The position numbers were made by a program, and so were the translations under genes. The notes beneath the pieces are model-generated. The model ran no database searches. It worked only from the letters and a program-made list of their open reading frames with translations, and was not told where the DNA came from. DNA of 64,000 nucleotides, taken from the NCBI GenBank assembly GCA_963630805.1, contig CAVGNZ010000051.1, forward strand, positions 43,255 through 107,254. The letters are read 5' to 3'. This DNA comes from Bacteroidaceae bacterium (GTDB lineage Bacteria > Actinomycetota > Coriobacteriia > Coriobacteriales > Coriobacteriaceae). This document shows positions 53,870 to 62,762 of the stretch, one piece after another (within the stretch, counting starts at the first letter, position 1; each line of letters opens with the position of its first letter).

Positions 53870-55003
53870 ATGAGTGAATCTACCAGGGTCGATTTTCGTT
53901 TTCTGTCCGAGCCTGACATCATCGAGGCGGGCGCCCTCGACATGGCGCACTGCATCGATGTCATGGAGGACCAGTTCAAGCTGCTGAGCATGGGCGACTA
54001 TCGCATGAGCGGCAAGAACAAGAACAGCCACGGTGCGTGGATGGACTTTCCGGAGACCTCTCCGTTTCCCAACATGCCCGTAAACGGTCCTGACCGCCGC
54101 TATATGGCCATGTGCAGCTACCTGGGCGGCGACTACAACATGTGCGGCATCAAGTGGTACGGCTCCAACGTCGAGAACCGTAAGCGCGGCCTGCCCCGCT
54201 CCATTCTCACGCTCATGCTCAACGAGCCCGTCACCGGCGCACCCGTGGCCCTTATGTCGGCGAACCTCATCAGCAGCTACCGCACCGCCGCCGTGCCCGC
54301 CGTGGGCGTGCGCCATCTGGCGCGCAAGGACGTGCACACGGTCGGCATCATCGGGCCGGGCGTCATGAACAAGACCACCCTGCGCTCGTTTTTGATGGAG
54401 CGCCCCGACATCGAGACCGTCAAGGTCAAGGGCCGCGGCATGAAGTCGCTGCAGTCCTACGTGGACTACGTGCACGAGAACTTCCCGAGCGTCAAGAACG
54501 TGCAGATCGTCGAGACCGAGGAGGAGGCCGTTCGCGACTGCGACCTCGTGAGCATCGCCACCAACGAGAACGGCGGTATCGAGACCTATCCGCGCGTCAA
54601 GCGCGAGTGGGTCAAGCCCGGTGCGCTCATCTGCGCCCCGAGCGACCTGTACGCCGATCGCGAGCCGTTCATCGACGGCGAGTGGAAGTGCGTGACCGAC
54701 CTCTACCCGATGTACGAGGACTGGCGCGACGAGATCGGCCGCTTCAACGTGTGCGGCACGCTCGGCAACGAGTGGGTCGACATGGTGGATTACGGCATGC
54801 TGCCGCGTGAGCGCATCGTGGACCTGGGCGACATCGTCACGGGTGCCGACCCGGGCCGTCAGTCCGAGGACGACATCTACTTCTTCTCCATCGGCGGCAT
54901 CAACACCGAGGACGTGAGCTGGGGCACCGTCATCTACCGCCAGGCCAAGGAGATGGGGCTGGGCACGGTTCTGACCCTGTGGGACACCCCCGCCCTGGCA
55001 TAG
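53870..55003 (+). CDS. Ornithine cyclodeaminase/mu-crystallin-family NAD(P)-dependent enzyme (substrate unknown)
   Basis: Rossmann motif VGIIGPGVMNKT in the expected central position and SYRTAAVPAVG upstream of it. ATG at 53870 follows AAGGGAG. Confidence 0.65.
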   Translation: MSESTRVDFRFLSEPDIIEAGALDMAHCIDVMEDQFKLLSMGDYRMSGKNKNSHGAWMDFPETSPFPNMPVNGPDRRYMAMCSYLGGDYNMCGIKWYGSNVENRKRGLPRSILTLMLNEPVTGAPVALMSANLISSYRTAAVPAVGVRHLARKDVHTVGIIGPGVMNKTTLRSFLMERPDIETVKVKGRGMKSLQSYVDYVHENFPSVKNVQIVETEEEAVRDCDLVSIATNENGGIETYPRVKREWVKPGALICAPSDLYADREPFIDGEWKCVTDLYPMYEDWRDEIGRFNVCGTLGNEWVDMVDYGMLPRERIVDLGDIVTGADPGRQSEDDIYFFSIGGINTEDVSWGTVIYRQAKEMGLGTVLTLWDTPALA

Positions 55004-55041
55004 GCCAAAACGCGGCGCCCGGGCGCCCACTTGCAAAAGAG

Positions 55042-55089
55042 AACGGAGTTCATCGCGCTTCCGGTGCGATGGGCTCCGTTGTGCTTTTT
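55042..55089 (+). terminator. Intrinsic terminator after the OCD-like gene
   Basis: Composite stem aacggag..catcgc / gcgatg..ctccgtt, followed by gtgcttttt. Confidence 0.7.
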
Positions 55090-55092
55090 AGA

Positions 55093-55121
55093 CCGTCTAC
55101 CTGCGATTATTTCCCTATTGT
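55093..55121 (+). promoter_or_regulatory. Candidate promoter of the flavoenzyme operon (ccGTCTACCTGCG motif, 17-nt spacing to TATTGT)
   Basis: ccgtct at 55093-55098, a 17-nt spacer, then tattgt at 55116-55121. It has the same architecture as the site at 40581-40609. Confidence 0.35.
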
Positions 55122-55225
55122 TTCTGCTTGAATGGTAACCGGTCTGAAACGGTGCTGAAACACCCCGGCTCGTAGCATGGTGCTCGCAGGTCACCCACAG
55201 ATAACGAGAGGGGTTAGGTGGTGCC

Positions 55226-55609
55226 ATGTCCAGGATCGCAGAACATCCCATTTTGGGCGTGCCCGATAAGGGGCGCCTCGTCACATTTATGTATGACGGC
55301 GTACCGGTTCAGGGCCACGAGGGGGAGCCTATCGCCATGGCTCTGAAGGCCGCGGGCATCGAAGTGCACCGCTTCACCGCCAAGCGTCATGAACCTCGTG
55401 GCATCTTTTGCGCTATCGGCCGCTGCACCGACTGCGTGATGGTCGTCGACGGCCAGCCCAACGTGCGCACTTGTATGACCCCGCTTGCCGAGGGCATGGA
55501 CGTTCGCACGCAGGACGGCGTGGAGCCGCTCGATATGGACGACCCGCGCGCCGTGAAGCTTGCCGCCGAGGCCAAGGCCTCCGAAGCGTACGCAGAGGAG
55601 GCGATCTAG
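55226..55609 (+). CDS. (2Fe-2S)-binding small subunit (HcnA / sarcosine-oxidase-alpha N-terminal-like)
   Basis: FMYDGVPVQGHEGEPIAMAL ... GIFCAIGRCTDCVMVVDGQPNVRTCMT. Confidence 0.8.
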   Translation: MSRIAEHPILGVPDKGRLVTFMYDGVPVQGHEGEPIAMALKAAGIEVHRFTAKRHEPRGIFCAIGRCTDCVMVVDGQPNVRTCMTPLAEGMDVRTQDGVEPLDMDDPRAVKLAAEAKASEAYAEEAI

Positions 55610-57208
55610 ATGGAGCGTCATGATGTTGTGATCGTGGGTGCAGGCCCCAGCGGCCTTTCTGCCGCTATCGAGGCCGCCAAGCGCGGGCTCGACGTGGTCG
55701 TCTTTGACGAGAACGCCCGTCCCGGCGGCCAGCTGTTCAAGCAGATCCACAAGTTCTTCGGTTCAAAGGAACATCGCGCAAAGGTGCGCGGCTTCCGCAT
55801 CGGCGACGAGCTGCTCGCCGAGGCCGACGCCGCGGGCGTCTCGGTCGTGCTCAACGCCACCGTCATCGGTCTGTACGAGGACCGCGAGGTTGTGGTGCGC
55901 GTGGGCGATACCGTGAAGCACGTGAAGGGCGATGCCGTCCTCGTCGCCACGGGCGCCGCCGAGAACGCCCTCAACTTCCCCGGTTGGACCCTGCCCGGCG
56001 TTATCGGCGCCGGCGCCGCCCAGACCATGCTTAACCTGCACGGCGTGAAGCCGGGCGAGCGCATCCTTATGGTCGGCTCGGGCAACGTCGGACTGGTCGT
56101 GTCGTTCCAGCTCATGCAGTGCGGCTGCGAGGTCGTGGCACTTGTGGACGCCGCACCCCGCGTGGGCGGCTACGGCGTGCATGCGGCCAAGGTGGCGCGC
56201 TGCGGCGTGCCGTTCTATCTCTCGCACACCGTGGTGCGCGCCGAGGGCACCGATCGCGTGGAGGGCGTGACCATCGGTGAGGTCGATGCGCACTGGCAGG
56301 TCATTCCCGGCACCGAGAAGCACTTCGACGTCGATACCGTCTGCGTGGCCGTGGGCCTGTCTCCCATGAGCCAGCTGCTCTCCATGGCCGGCTGCGAGAT
56401 GGTGGACGATCCCAAGCGCGGCGGCTACGTGCCCGTCTGCGACGAGACCGGCGCCACTTCCGTGCCCGGTGTCTTTGTCTCGGGCGACGTCTCCGGCATC
56501 GAGGAGGCCTCCTCGGCCATGATCGAGGGCCGTATCTCGGGCGTCGCCATCTCCGAGTACCTGGGATACGTGGACGCCGGCGAGGCCGCTTCCAGCAAGG
56601 AGACCCTCGAGGCGTCGCTCGACACCCTGCGCCAGGGCATGTTTGCGCCCAAGAACCGCGGTAAGAAGATCGAGGTCACCGAGGAGGGCTGCCCCGTCTC
56701 GCAGCACCTGCTGCGCCATGGCTACCTGGCCGATGAGGAACTCGATTCCTATCCGGGTGTCACCCACACGCCCGGCGTGCACCCGGTAATCGAGTGCACG
56801 CAGAACATCCCGTGCAACCCGTGCCAGGATGCCTGCAAGAAGGGCTGCATCTCCATCGGCGAGCACATCACGTCGCTGCCGATCGTGCTGCCCGAGTCCA
56901 CCTGCATCAACTGCGGCATGTGCGTGGCGAGCTGCCCGGGCCAGTCCATCTTCCTGGTCAACGAGGACTGCGGCGACGGTACGGCCACGGTCACGCTGCC
57001 CTATGAGTTCTACCCGCTGCCCGAGAAGGGCACGGTCGGCCACGCCCTCAGCCGCTCCGGCAAGCCCGTGTGCGAGGCGACCGTCGTCGGCGTGCGCAGC
57101 GTGAAGGCGTTTGACAAGACGGCGCTGCTCACCATGAGCGTGCCCAAGGAGTTCGCCATGACCGCGCGTATGTTCAAGCCCGAAGGTGAGGTGGCCGTCC
57201 ATGAGTGA
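55610..57208 (+). CDS. FAD/NAD(P)-binding oxidoreductase subunit with a C-terminal 4Fe-4S region (HcnB/OoxA/PDH1-alpha-like)
   Basis: Two dinucleotide folds, VVIVGAGPSGLSAA and ILMVGSGNVGLVV. Ferredoxin motif CINCGMCVASCPG. Confidence 0.8.
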   Translation: MERHDVVIVGAGPSGLSAAIEAAKRGLDVVVFDENARPGGQLFKQIHKFFGSKEHRAKVRGFRIGDELLAEADAAGVSVVLNATVIGLYEDREVVVRVGDTVKHVKGDAVLVATGAAENALNFPGWTLPGVIGAGAAQTMLNLHGVKPGERILMVGSGNVGLVVSFQLMQCGCEVVALVDAAPRVGGYGVHAAKVARCGVPFYLSHTVVRAEGTDRVEGVTIGEVDAHWQVIPGTEKHFDVDTVCVAVGLSPMSQLLSMAGCEMVDDPKRGGYVPVCDETGATSVPGVFVSGDVSGIEEASSAMIEGRISGVAISEYLGYVDAGEAASSKETLEASLDTLRQGMFAPKNRGKKIEVTEEGCPVSQHLLRHGYLADEELDSYPGVTHTPGVHPVIECTQNIPCNPCQDACKKGCISIGEHITSLPIVLPESTCINCGMCVASCPGQSIFLVNEDCGDGTATVTLPYEFYPLPEKGTVGHALSRSGKPVCEATVVGVRSVKAFDKTALLTMSVPKEFAMTARMFKPEGEVAVHE

Positions 57209-57569
57209 GGCCGTGAGCATCTATAAGAAGACGGGTGCGCCGCTCGATCGCTCCCAGATCGACCTGGGCCCGTATGTGCCCGCGCCCGATGACGACATGC
57301 TGGTGTGCCGCTGCGAAGAGGTGACCAAGGGCGATATCCGCCGCGCCATCCACGAGGGCATGTACACCATGACCGAGGTGCGCCGTTTCCTGCGCCAGGG
57401 CATGGGCCTTTGCCAGGGCCAGACCTGCACCAAGCTCGTGCGCCGCATCATGGCCGCCGAGCTTGCCGGAACGCCCGCCATGGCGCTACTGGATCCCGAG
57501 ACCTCGCGCGCACCCATGCGCCCCATCGAGATGAGCGTGCTCGGCAACGGCGAGGAGAGGGGAGAGTAG
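57201..57569 (+). CDS. BFD-like (2Fe-2S)-binding small subunit
   Basis: VCRCEEVTKGDIRRAI...GLCQGQTC is the BFD-like [2Fe-2S] pattern. Its ATG overlaps the upstream stop (ATGAGTGA). Confidence 0.75.
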   Translation: MSEAVSIYKKTGAPLDRSQIDLGPYVPAPDDDMLVCRCEEVTKGDIRRAIHEGMYTMTEVRRFLRQGMGLCQGQTCTKLVRRIMAAELAGTPAMALLDPETSRAPMRPIEMSVLGNGEERGE

Positions 57570-57570
57570 C

Positions 57571-58722
57571 ATGGCAGGAACCACTGCAGATATCCAGGAC
57601 ACCGCCTGCGACGTCGTTATCATCGGCGGTGGCGTAATCGGTTGCGCCACGGCCTACAACCTGGCCAAGAAGGGCCGTTCCGTCACGGTGCTCGACCGCG
57701 AGGCCAATATCGGCGAGGGCGCAAGCTCCCGCAACGGCGGCGGCGTGCGCCAAAGCGGCCGCGACGCTCGCGAGCTCCCGCTTGCCATGTACGCCGTCGA
57801 GCACCTGTGGCCGGGGCTTTCCGATGAACTCGGCGCCGACGTCGAGTACGTCAAGAAGGGCAACCTGCGCCTGGGCAAGACCGAGGCGCATCTGGAGACG
57901 CTCCGCGGCCTGGCGTCCATGTCGCAAAAGCTGGGTCTCGACATGAAGATGATCGGGCCCGAAGAGGTGCGCGAGATCAACCCGTATCTCTCCGACCAGG
58001 TGATCGGCGCCTCGTGGTGCCCGACCGACGGCCATGCCAACCCCATGCGAACCACGCTTGCCTACTATCGTGCGGCCCTTAAGCTGGGCGTGCGCTTCAT
58101 CACGGGCGTTGAGGTCAAGTCCCTGCGCAAGGTGCGCGGCAAGCTCGGCGCCGTCGTGACCAACGTGGGCGAATTTACCGCCAACAACGTGGTACTCGCC
58201 GCGGGTCTTGGCAGCCGCGGCATCGCGGCCAGCGTGGGCATCGACATCCCCATGACCGGTGAGCTCATCGAGTGCCTGGTCACCGAGATGCAGCCCGAGA
58301 TGTTCCCGCAGATGCTGGGCGTCGCCACGGGCGACTTCTACGGTCACCAGTCGGCCCACGGCTCGTTCGTGTTCGGCGGCAGCTCGGGCCTCGAGGCCTC
58401 CAACGGCGCCTTTGGCGGCCGCCCGACCTCGAGCATCACCGCGCCCGCGGAGTGCCGCGCCATCATGGGCTACATTCCGCGCCTGGCCGACGCCAAGATC
58501 GTGCGCACCTGGGCCGGCTGGGAAGACGTCTGCGTCGACGGCGTTCCCGTGATCTCCAACATCGATGAGGTACCCGGCCTCACCATCGCCTGCGCCTTCA
58601 CCGGTCACGGCTTTGGCATCTCGCCCATTGTGGGCCTGCTGCTGGCCGAGATGGTCTGCGGCGAGAAGACCACGCTCGACGTGTCGGCCTTCCGCTACGA
58701 CCGCTTCAAGGCCTGGCTGTAG
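57571..58722 (+). CDS. FAD-dependent amine/amino-acid oxidoreductase (DAO family; HcnC/SoxB/PDH1-beta-like)
   Basis: N-terminal VVIIGGGVIGCATAYNLAKKG. DAO-family over its full length. It starts 2 nt after the previous stop. Confidence 0.85.
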   Translation: MAGTTADIQDTACDVVIIGGGVIGCATAYNLAKKGRSVTVLDREANIGEGASSRNGGGVRQSGRDARELPLAMYAVEHLWPGLSDELGADVEYVKKGNLRLGKTEAHLETLRGLASMSQKLGLDMKMIGPEEVREINPYLSDQVIGASWCPTDGHANPMRTTLAYYRAALKLGVRFITGVEVKSLRKVRGKLGAVVTNVGEFTANNVVLAAGLGSRGIAASVGIDIPMTGELIECLVTEMQPEMFPQMLGVATGDFYGHQSAHGSFVFGGSSGLEASNGAFGGRPTSSITAPAECRAIMGYIPRLADAKIVRTWAGWEDVCVDGVPVISNIDEVPGLTIACAFTGHGFGISPIVGLLLAEMVCGEKTTLDVSAFRYDRFKAWL

Positions 58723-58767
58723 GGTTCAAGGCCTAAAAATCCTATTGTCTACCTGCGAGGTTCTCTC

Positions 58768-59940
58768 ATGGATAACTTCTCCTTCAACATGCCCACGCGC
58801 ATTGTGTTCGGCCGCGATACCGAGTCCGAGGTTGGCCGTCTGGTCGCCCGCTACGGCGGCACCCGCGTGCTGGTGCTGTTCGGCGGCGGCTCGGTGGTAC
58901 GCTCGGGCCTGCTCAAGCGCGTGTTCGCCTCGCTCGACCGTGCGCTGCTCGACCATGTGGAGCTGGGCGGAGTGCAGCCCAACCCGCGCGCGAGCATGGT
59001 CTATGAGGGAATCTCGCTCGTCAGGGACGAGAAGATCGACTTTATCCTGGCGGTCGGCGGTGGCAGCGTGATCGATACCGCGAAGGCCGTCGCTGCGGGC
59101 GCCTGCTACAGCGGTGACTTCTGGGACTTCTTTGACGGCACGCGCGTGCCCGATGAGGCCCTGCCCGTCGGCTGCATTCTCACCATCGCGGCATCGGGCT
59201 CCGAGGCGTCGGTCGATTCCGTGATCACGCAGGACGAGACGATGCTCAAGCGCGATGCGAGCTCTGAGGTCTTGCGCCCGGTGTTCAGCATCATGAACCC
59301 CGAGCTCACCGAGACCCTCCCGGCGTATCAAACGGCCTGCGGTATCACCGACATGTACTCGCACCTGCTGGAGCGCTATCTCACCAACACGCAGGACGTA
59401 GAGACCACCGACCGCATGATCGAGGGCGTCATGCTCGCGATCATCGACCAGGCCCCGCGCGTGATGGCCGATCCCGCCGATTACGAGGCCCGCGCGAACA
59501 TCATGTGGGCGGCCTGCATGGCGCACAACAACGTGTGCGGCGTGGGGCGCACCCACGATTGGGCGAGCCACGAGATCGAGTACGCGCTTTCATCCAAGTA
59601 CGGCACTGCCCACGGTGCGGGTCTGGCCGTAACCATGCCCGCCGTGATGACCTACTGCCTGGACCATGACGTCGCGCGTTTCGCGCGCCTGGCCCGCAAC
59701 GTGTGGGGCGTCGATGAGGCGGACGATCGCGCGGCCGCGCTTGCGGGCATCGCCGCGCAAAAGGCCTTCACGACCTCGATCGGCATGCCGGCGACGCTCG
59801 GCGAGGTGGGCGGCTGCGAGGCCGATATCCCCGAGCTCGTGCACGAGACCTGTTGGGGCGCCGGCCGTACCGGCCACGTGGGCGGTTTCTCTCCGTTCGA
59901 TGAGCAGGACGTCGAGAAGATTTTCCGCCTGATGCTGTAG
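58768..59940 (+). CDS. Iron-containing (group III) alcohol dehydrogenase, YqhD/BdhA-like
   Basis: MDNFSFNMPTRIVFG, GGGSVIDTAKA and His-rich metal-site strings HLLERY...WASHEIEYALS..YGTAHGAG. Confidence 0.88.
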   Translation: MDNFSFNMPTRIVFGRDTESEVGRLVARYGGTRVLVLFGGGSVVRSGLLKRVFASLDRALLDHVELGGVQPNPRASMVYEGISLVRDEKIDFILAVGGGSVIDTAKAVAAGACYSGDFWDFFDGTRVPDEALPVGCILTIAASGSEASVDSVITQDETMLKRDASSEVLRPVFSIMNPELTETLPAYQTACGITDMYSHLLERYLTNTQDVETTDRMIEGVMLAIIDQAPRVMADPADYEARANIMWAACMAHNNVCGVGRTHDWASHEIEYALSSKYGTAHGAGLAVTMPAVMTYCLDHDVARFARLARNVWGVDEADDRAAALAGIAAQKAFTTSIGMPATLGEVGGCEADIPELVHETCWGAGRTGHVGGFSPFDEQDVEKIFRLML

Positions 59941-60160
59941 GCGCTTCGCGTCGCTTCCGCCCACCCAACATGTAGGTCAAGGGTGAACTTTTGGAATCTT
60001 TGGGCGCCTTTTGGGCGCCCTTGCGCGTTCTTGCAACGGATGGTTGAGATGGGTCGTAAATCTCCGCCGCAGGTCATCGCGCTGCTCTTTTTTGAGACCG
60101 ATCCGGTTGTGATCGTCCGCTAACACGCGCTGCGTCAATTTGATTGCTCTGACCTGCTAA

Positions 60161-60209
60161 AACACTATATGTAGTGTTGGGCTTTTGAAAATTCCACGGC
60201 ATATAGTTT
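60161..60209. promoter_or_regulatory. Tandem NrdR boxes upstream of nrdD
   Basis: Box 1 is aacactatatgtagtgtt (60161-60178), a near-perfect palindrome matching the acaCwAtATaTwGtgt consensus. Box 2 is ccacggcatatagttt (60194-60209) and is weaker. Their centres are about 32 bp apart. Confidence 0.6.
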
Positions 60210-60409
60210 CATCCTTGCTCTATGATTGACGAGCTAGGAGAGATCATCGCCCTGTCGCTTGCGTCGGGATATGTGTCCAGACGATGCGATAGGGTTCTTT
60301 TTGCACATATTCGCACGGGCCGGTGCGGCAGGACGGACATGGGGCCGCCAGGTTGCTTTCGGCGCCACGCGTCTGGCATACGAGAAGTTTTTTAGAGGAA
60401 GGCAGCGCA

Positions 60410-62632
60410 GTGAAGATCATCAAGCGAAGTGGCACTGAGGTCACTTTTGACATCGAGAAGATCGTGAACGCTATCCGCGCTGCCAACCGTGAGGTCAAGG
60501 AGAGCGCCCGCCTCACCGAGCGCCAGGTGGTCTATGCGTCCCAGAACGTTGCCGAGGCCTGCGAGAACGCCGGGCACACCGTCTCGGTCGAAGAGGTCCA
60601 GGACATGGTGGAAGACGAGATCATGCGTCTCGACTGCTACGAGGTTGCTCGCCGCTACATCATCTACCGCTACGTGCAGGGCCTCAAGCGCACCAAGAAC
60701 ACTACCGACGACAAGATTCTCTCGCTCATCGAGTGCAACAACGAGGAAGTCAAGCAGGAGAACTCCAACAAGAACCCGACCGTCAACTCGGTGCAGCGCG
60801 ACTACATGGCCGGCGAGGTCTCCAAGGACCTGGCGCAGCGCGTGCTGCTGCCGGCAGACGTGGTGGCCGCTCACAACGAGGGCCTCATCCACTTCCACGA
60901 CTCCGATTACTTCGCGCAGCACATGCACAACTGCGACCTCGTGAACCTCGAGGACATGCTGCAAAACGGCACCGTCATCTCCGGCACGCTGATCGAGAAG
61001 CCGCACAGCTTTTCCACCGCGTGCAACATCGCCACGCAGATCATCGCCCAGGTGGCCTCGAGCCAGTACGGCGGCCAGTCCATCTCGCTTACGCACCTGG
61101 CGCCCTTTGTCGAGGTGAGCCGTCAGAAGATCCGCCGCGAGGTTGCCCGCGAGCTCGCCGAGCTGGGCGTAGACGCGCCCGAGGAGAAGATCTCCGGCGT
61201 GGTGGAAGACCGGCTGCGCGACGAGATCCGCCGCGGCGTGCAGACCATCCAGTACCAGGTCGTGACCCTTATGACTACCAACGGCCAGGCGCCGTTCGTG
61301 ACCGTGTTCATGTATCTTAACGAGGCCCGCTCGGAAGCCGAGAAGCACGACCTCGCCATGATCATCGAGGAGACCCTGCGCCAGCGCTACGAGGGCGTGA
61401 AGAACGAGGCGGGCGTGTGGATCACCCCGGCGTTCCCCAAGCTCATCTACGTGCTCGAGGAGGACAACGTCTACGAGGACACCCCGTACTTCTATCTCAC
61501 GCAGCTTGCGGCCAAGTGCACCGCCAAGCGCATGGTGCCCGACTACATCTCCGAGAAGAAGATGCGCGAGCTCAAGCTTTCCCGTGGCGAGACCGTGGGC
61601 AACGGCGACTGCTTCACCTGCATGGGCTGCCGCAGCTTCTTGACGCCCGACCGCTCGGGTAACGGCTTTGACAACGTGGCGAACGCCAAGAACTGGGAGC
61701 CGGGCAAGCCTAAGTACTACGGCCGCTTCAACCAGGGAGTCGTGACCATCAACCTGCCCGACGTCGCCCTCTCTTCGCATCAGGACATGGACCGCTTCTG
61801 GGAGATCTTCGACGAGCGCCTGGATCTGTGCTACAAGGCCCTTATGTGCCGTCATAACCGCCTGAAGGGCACGCTTTCCGATGCCGCGCCGATCCTGTGG
61901 CAGTACGGTGCCCTGGCGCGCCTCAAGAAGGGCGAGACGATCGACCGTCTGCTCTACGGCGGCTACTCTACCATCAGCCTTGGGTACGCCGGCCTGTACG
62001 AGTGCGTCAAGTACATGACGGGCCACAGTCATACCGACGAGCAGGGCACGCCCTTCGCCACTGCCGTGATGCAGCACATGAACGACAAATGCGAGGAGTG
62101 GAAGGCCAAGACCGATATCGACTTCTCCCTTTACGGTACGCCGCTCGAGTCCACCACCTACAAGTTCGCCAAGGCGCTCCAGCGCCGCTTTGGCGTCATT
62201 CCCGGCGTGACGGACAAGGGCTACATCACCAACAGCTACCACGTGCACGTGAGCGAGAAGATCGATGCCTTTGACAAACTGAAGTTCGAGAGCAAGTTCC
62301 AACAGCTCTCGCCCGGTGGCGCCATCTCCTACGTCGAGGTGCCCAACATGCAGGACAACCTCAAGGCCGTGGTGCGCGTGATGCAGTACATCTACGAGAA
62401 CATCATGTACGCCGAGCTCAACACCAAGAGCGACTTCTGCCAGGTGTGCGGCTACGACGGCGAGATCCAGATCGTGGAGGACGACGGCAAGCTGGTCTGG
62501 GAGTGCCCCAGCTGCGGCAACCGCGACCAGGAGAAGATGAACGTCGCCCGCCGCACCTGCGGCTACATCGGGACGCAGTTCTGGAACCAGGGCCGCACCG
62601 AGGAGATTCGCGACCGCGTCCTGCATCTGTAA
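60410..62632 (+). CDS. nrdD: Anaerobic ribonucleoside-triphosphate reductase (class III)
   Basis: N-terminal ATP-cone VKIIKRSGTEVTFDIEKIVNAI, Zn-ribbon CQVCGY...CPSCGN and glycyl-radical motif RRTCGYIG. GTG at 60410 follows GAGGAAGG. Confidence 0.95.
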   Translation: MKIIKRSGTEVTFDIEKIVNAIRAANREVKESARLTERQVVYASQNVAEACENAGHTVSVEEVQDMVEDEIMRLDCYEVARRYIIYRYVQGLKRTKNTTDDKILSLIECNNEEVKQENSNKNPTVNSVQRDYMAGEVSKDLAQRVLLPADVVAAHNEGLIHFHDSDYFAQHMHNCDLVNLEDMLQNGTVISGTLIEKPHSFSTACNIATQIIAQVASSQYGGQSISLTHLAPFVEVSRQKIRREVARELAELGVDAPEEKISGVVEDRLRDEIRRGVQTIQYQVVTLMTTNGQAPFVTVFMYLNEARSEAEKHDLAMIIEETLRQRYEGVKNEAGVWITPAFPKLIYVLEEDNVYEDTPYFYLTQLAAKCTAKRMVPDYISEKKMRELKLSRGETVGNGDCFTCMGCRSFLTPDRSGNGFDNVANAKNWEPGKPKYYGRFNQGVVTINLPDVALSSHQDMDRFWEIFDERLDLCYKALMCRHNRLKGTLSDAAPILWQYGALARLKKGETIDRLLYGGYSTISLGYAGLYECVKYMTGHSHTDEQGTPFATAVMQHMNDKCEEWKAKTDIDFSLYGTPLESTTYKFAKALQRRFGVIPGVTDKGYITNSYHVHVSEKIDAFDKLKFESKFQQLSPGGAISYVEVPNMQDNLKAVVRVMQYIYENIMYAELNTKSDFCQVCGYDGEIQIVEDDGKLVWECPSCGNRDQEKMNVARRTCGYIGTQFWNQGRTEEIRDRVLHL

Positions 62633-62639
62633 TTCCCGA

Positions 62640-62725
62640 CGGCCGGTGCGGCTGCGTTTGCATTCGCTTCGGTCTGGTTGCGCTCATGCGGAACCTAGCG
62701 AATCCAAACGCAGCCGCACCGGCCG
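62640..62725 (+). repeat. Long inverted repeat (about 29-bp arms) between nrdD and nrdG
   Basis: cggccggtgcggctgcgtttgcattcgct (62640-62668) pairs with agcgaatccaaacgcagccgcaccggccg (62697-62725), with one mismatch. Confidence 0.85.
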
Positions 62726-62762
62726 ACATCTCAGTTGCCACTAGTCTTGCTGGGGGGACTTC

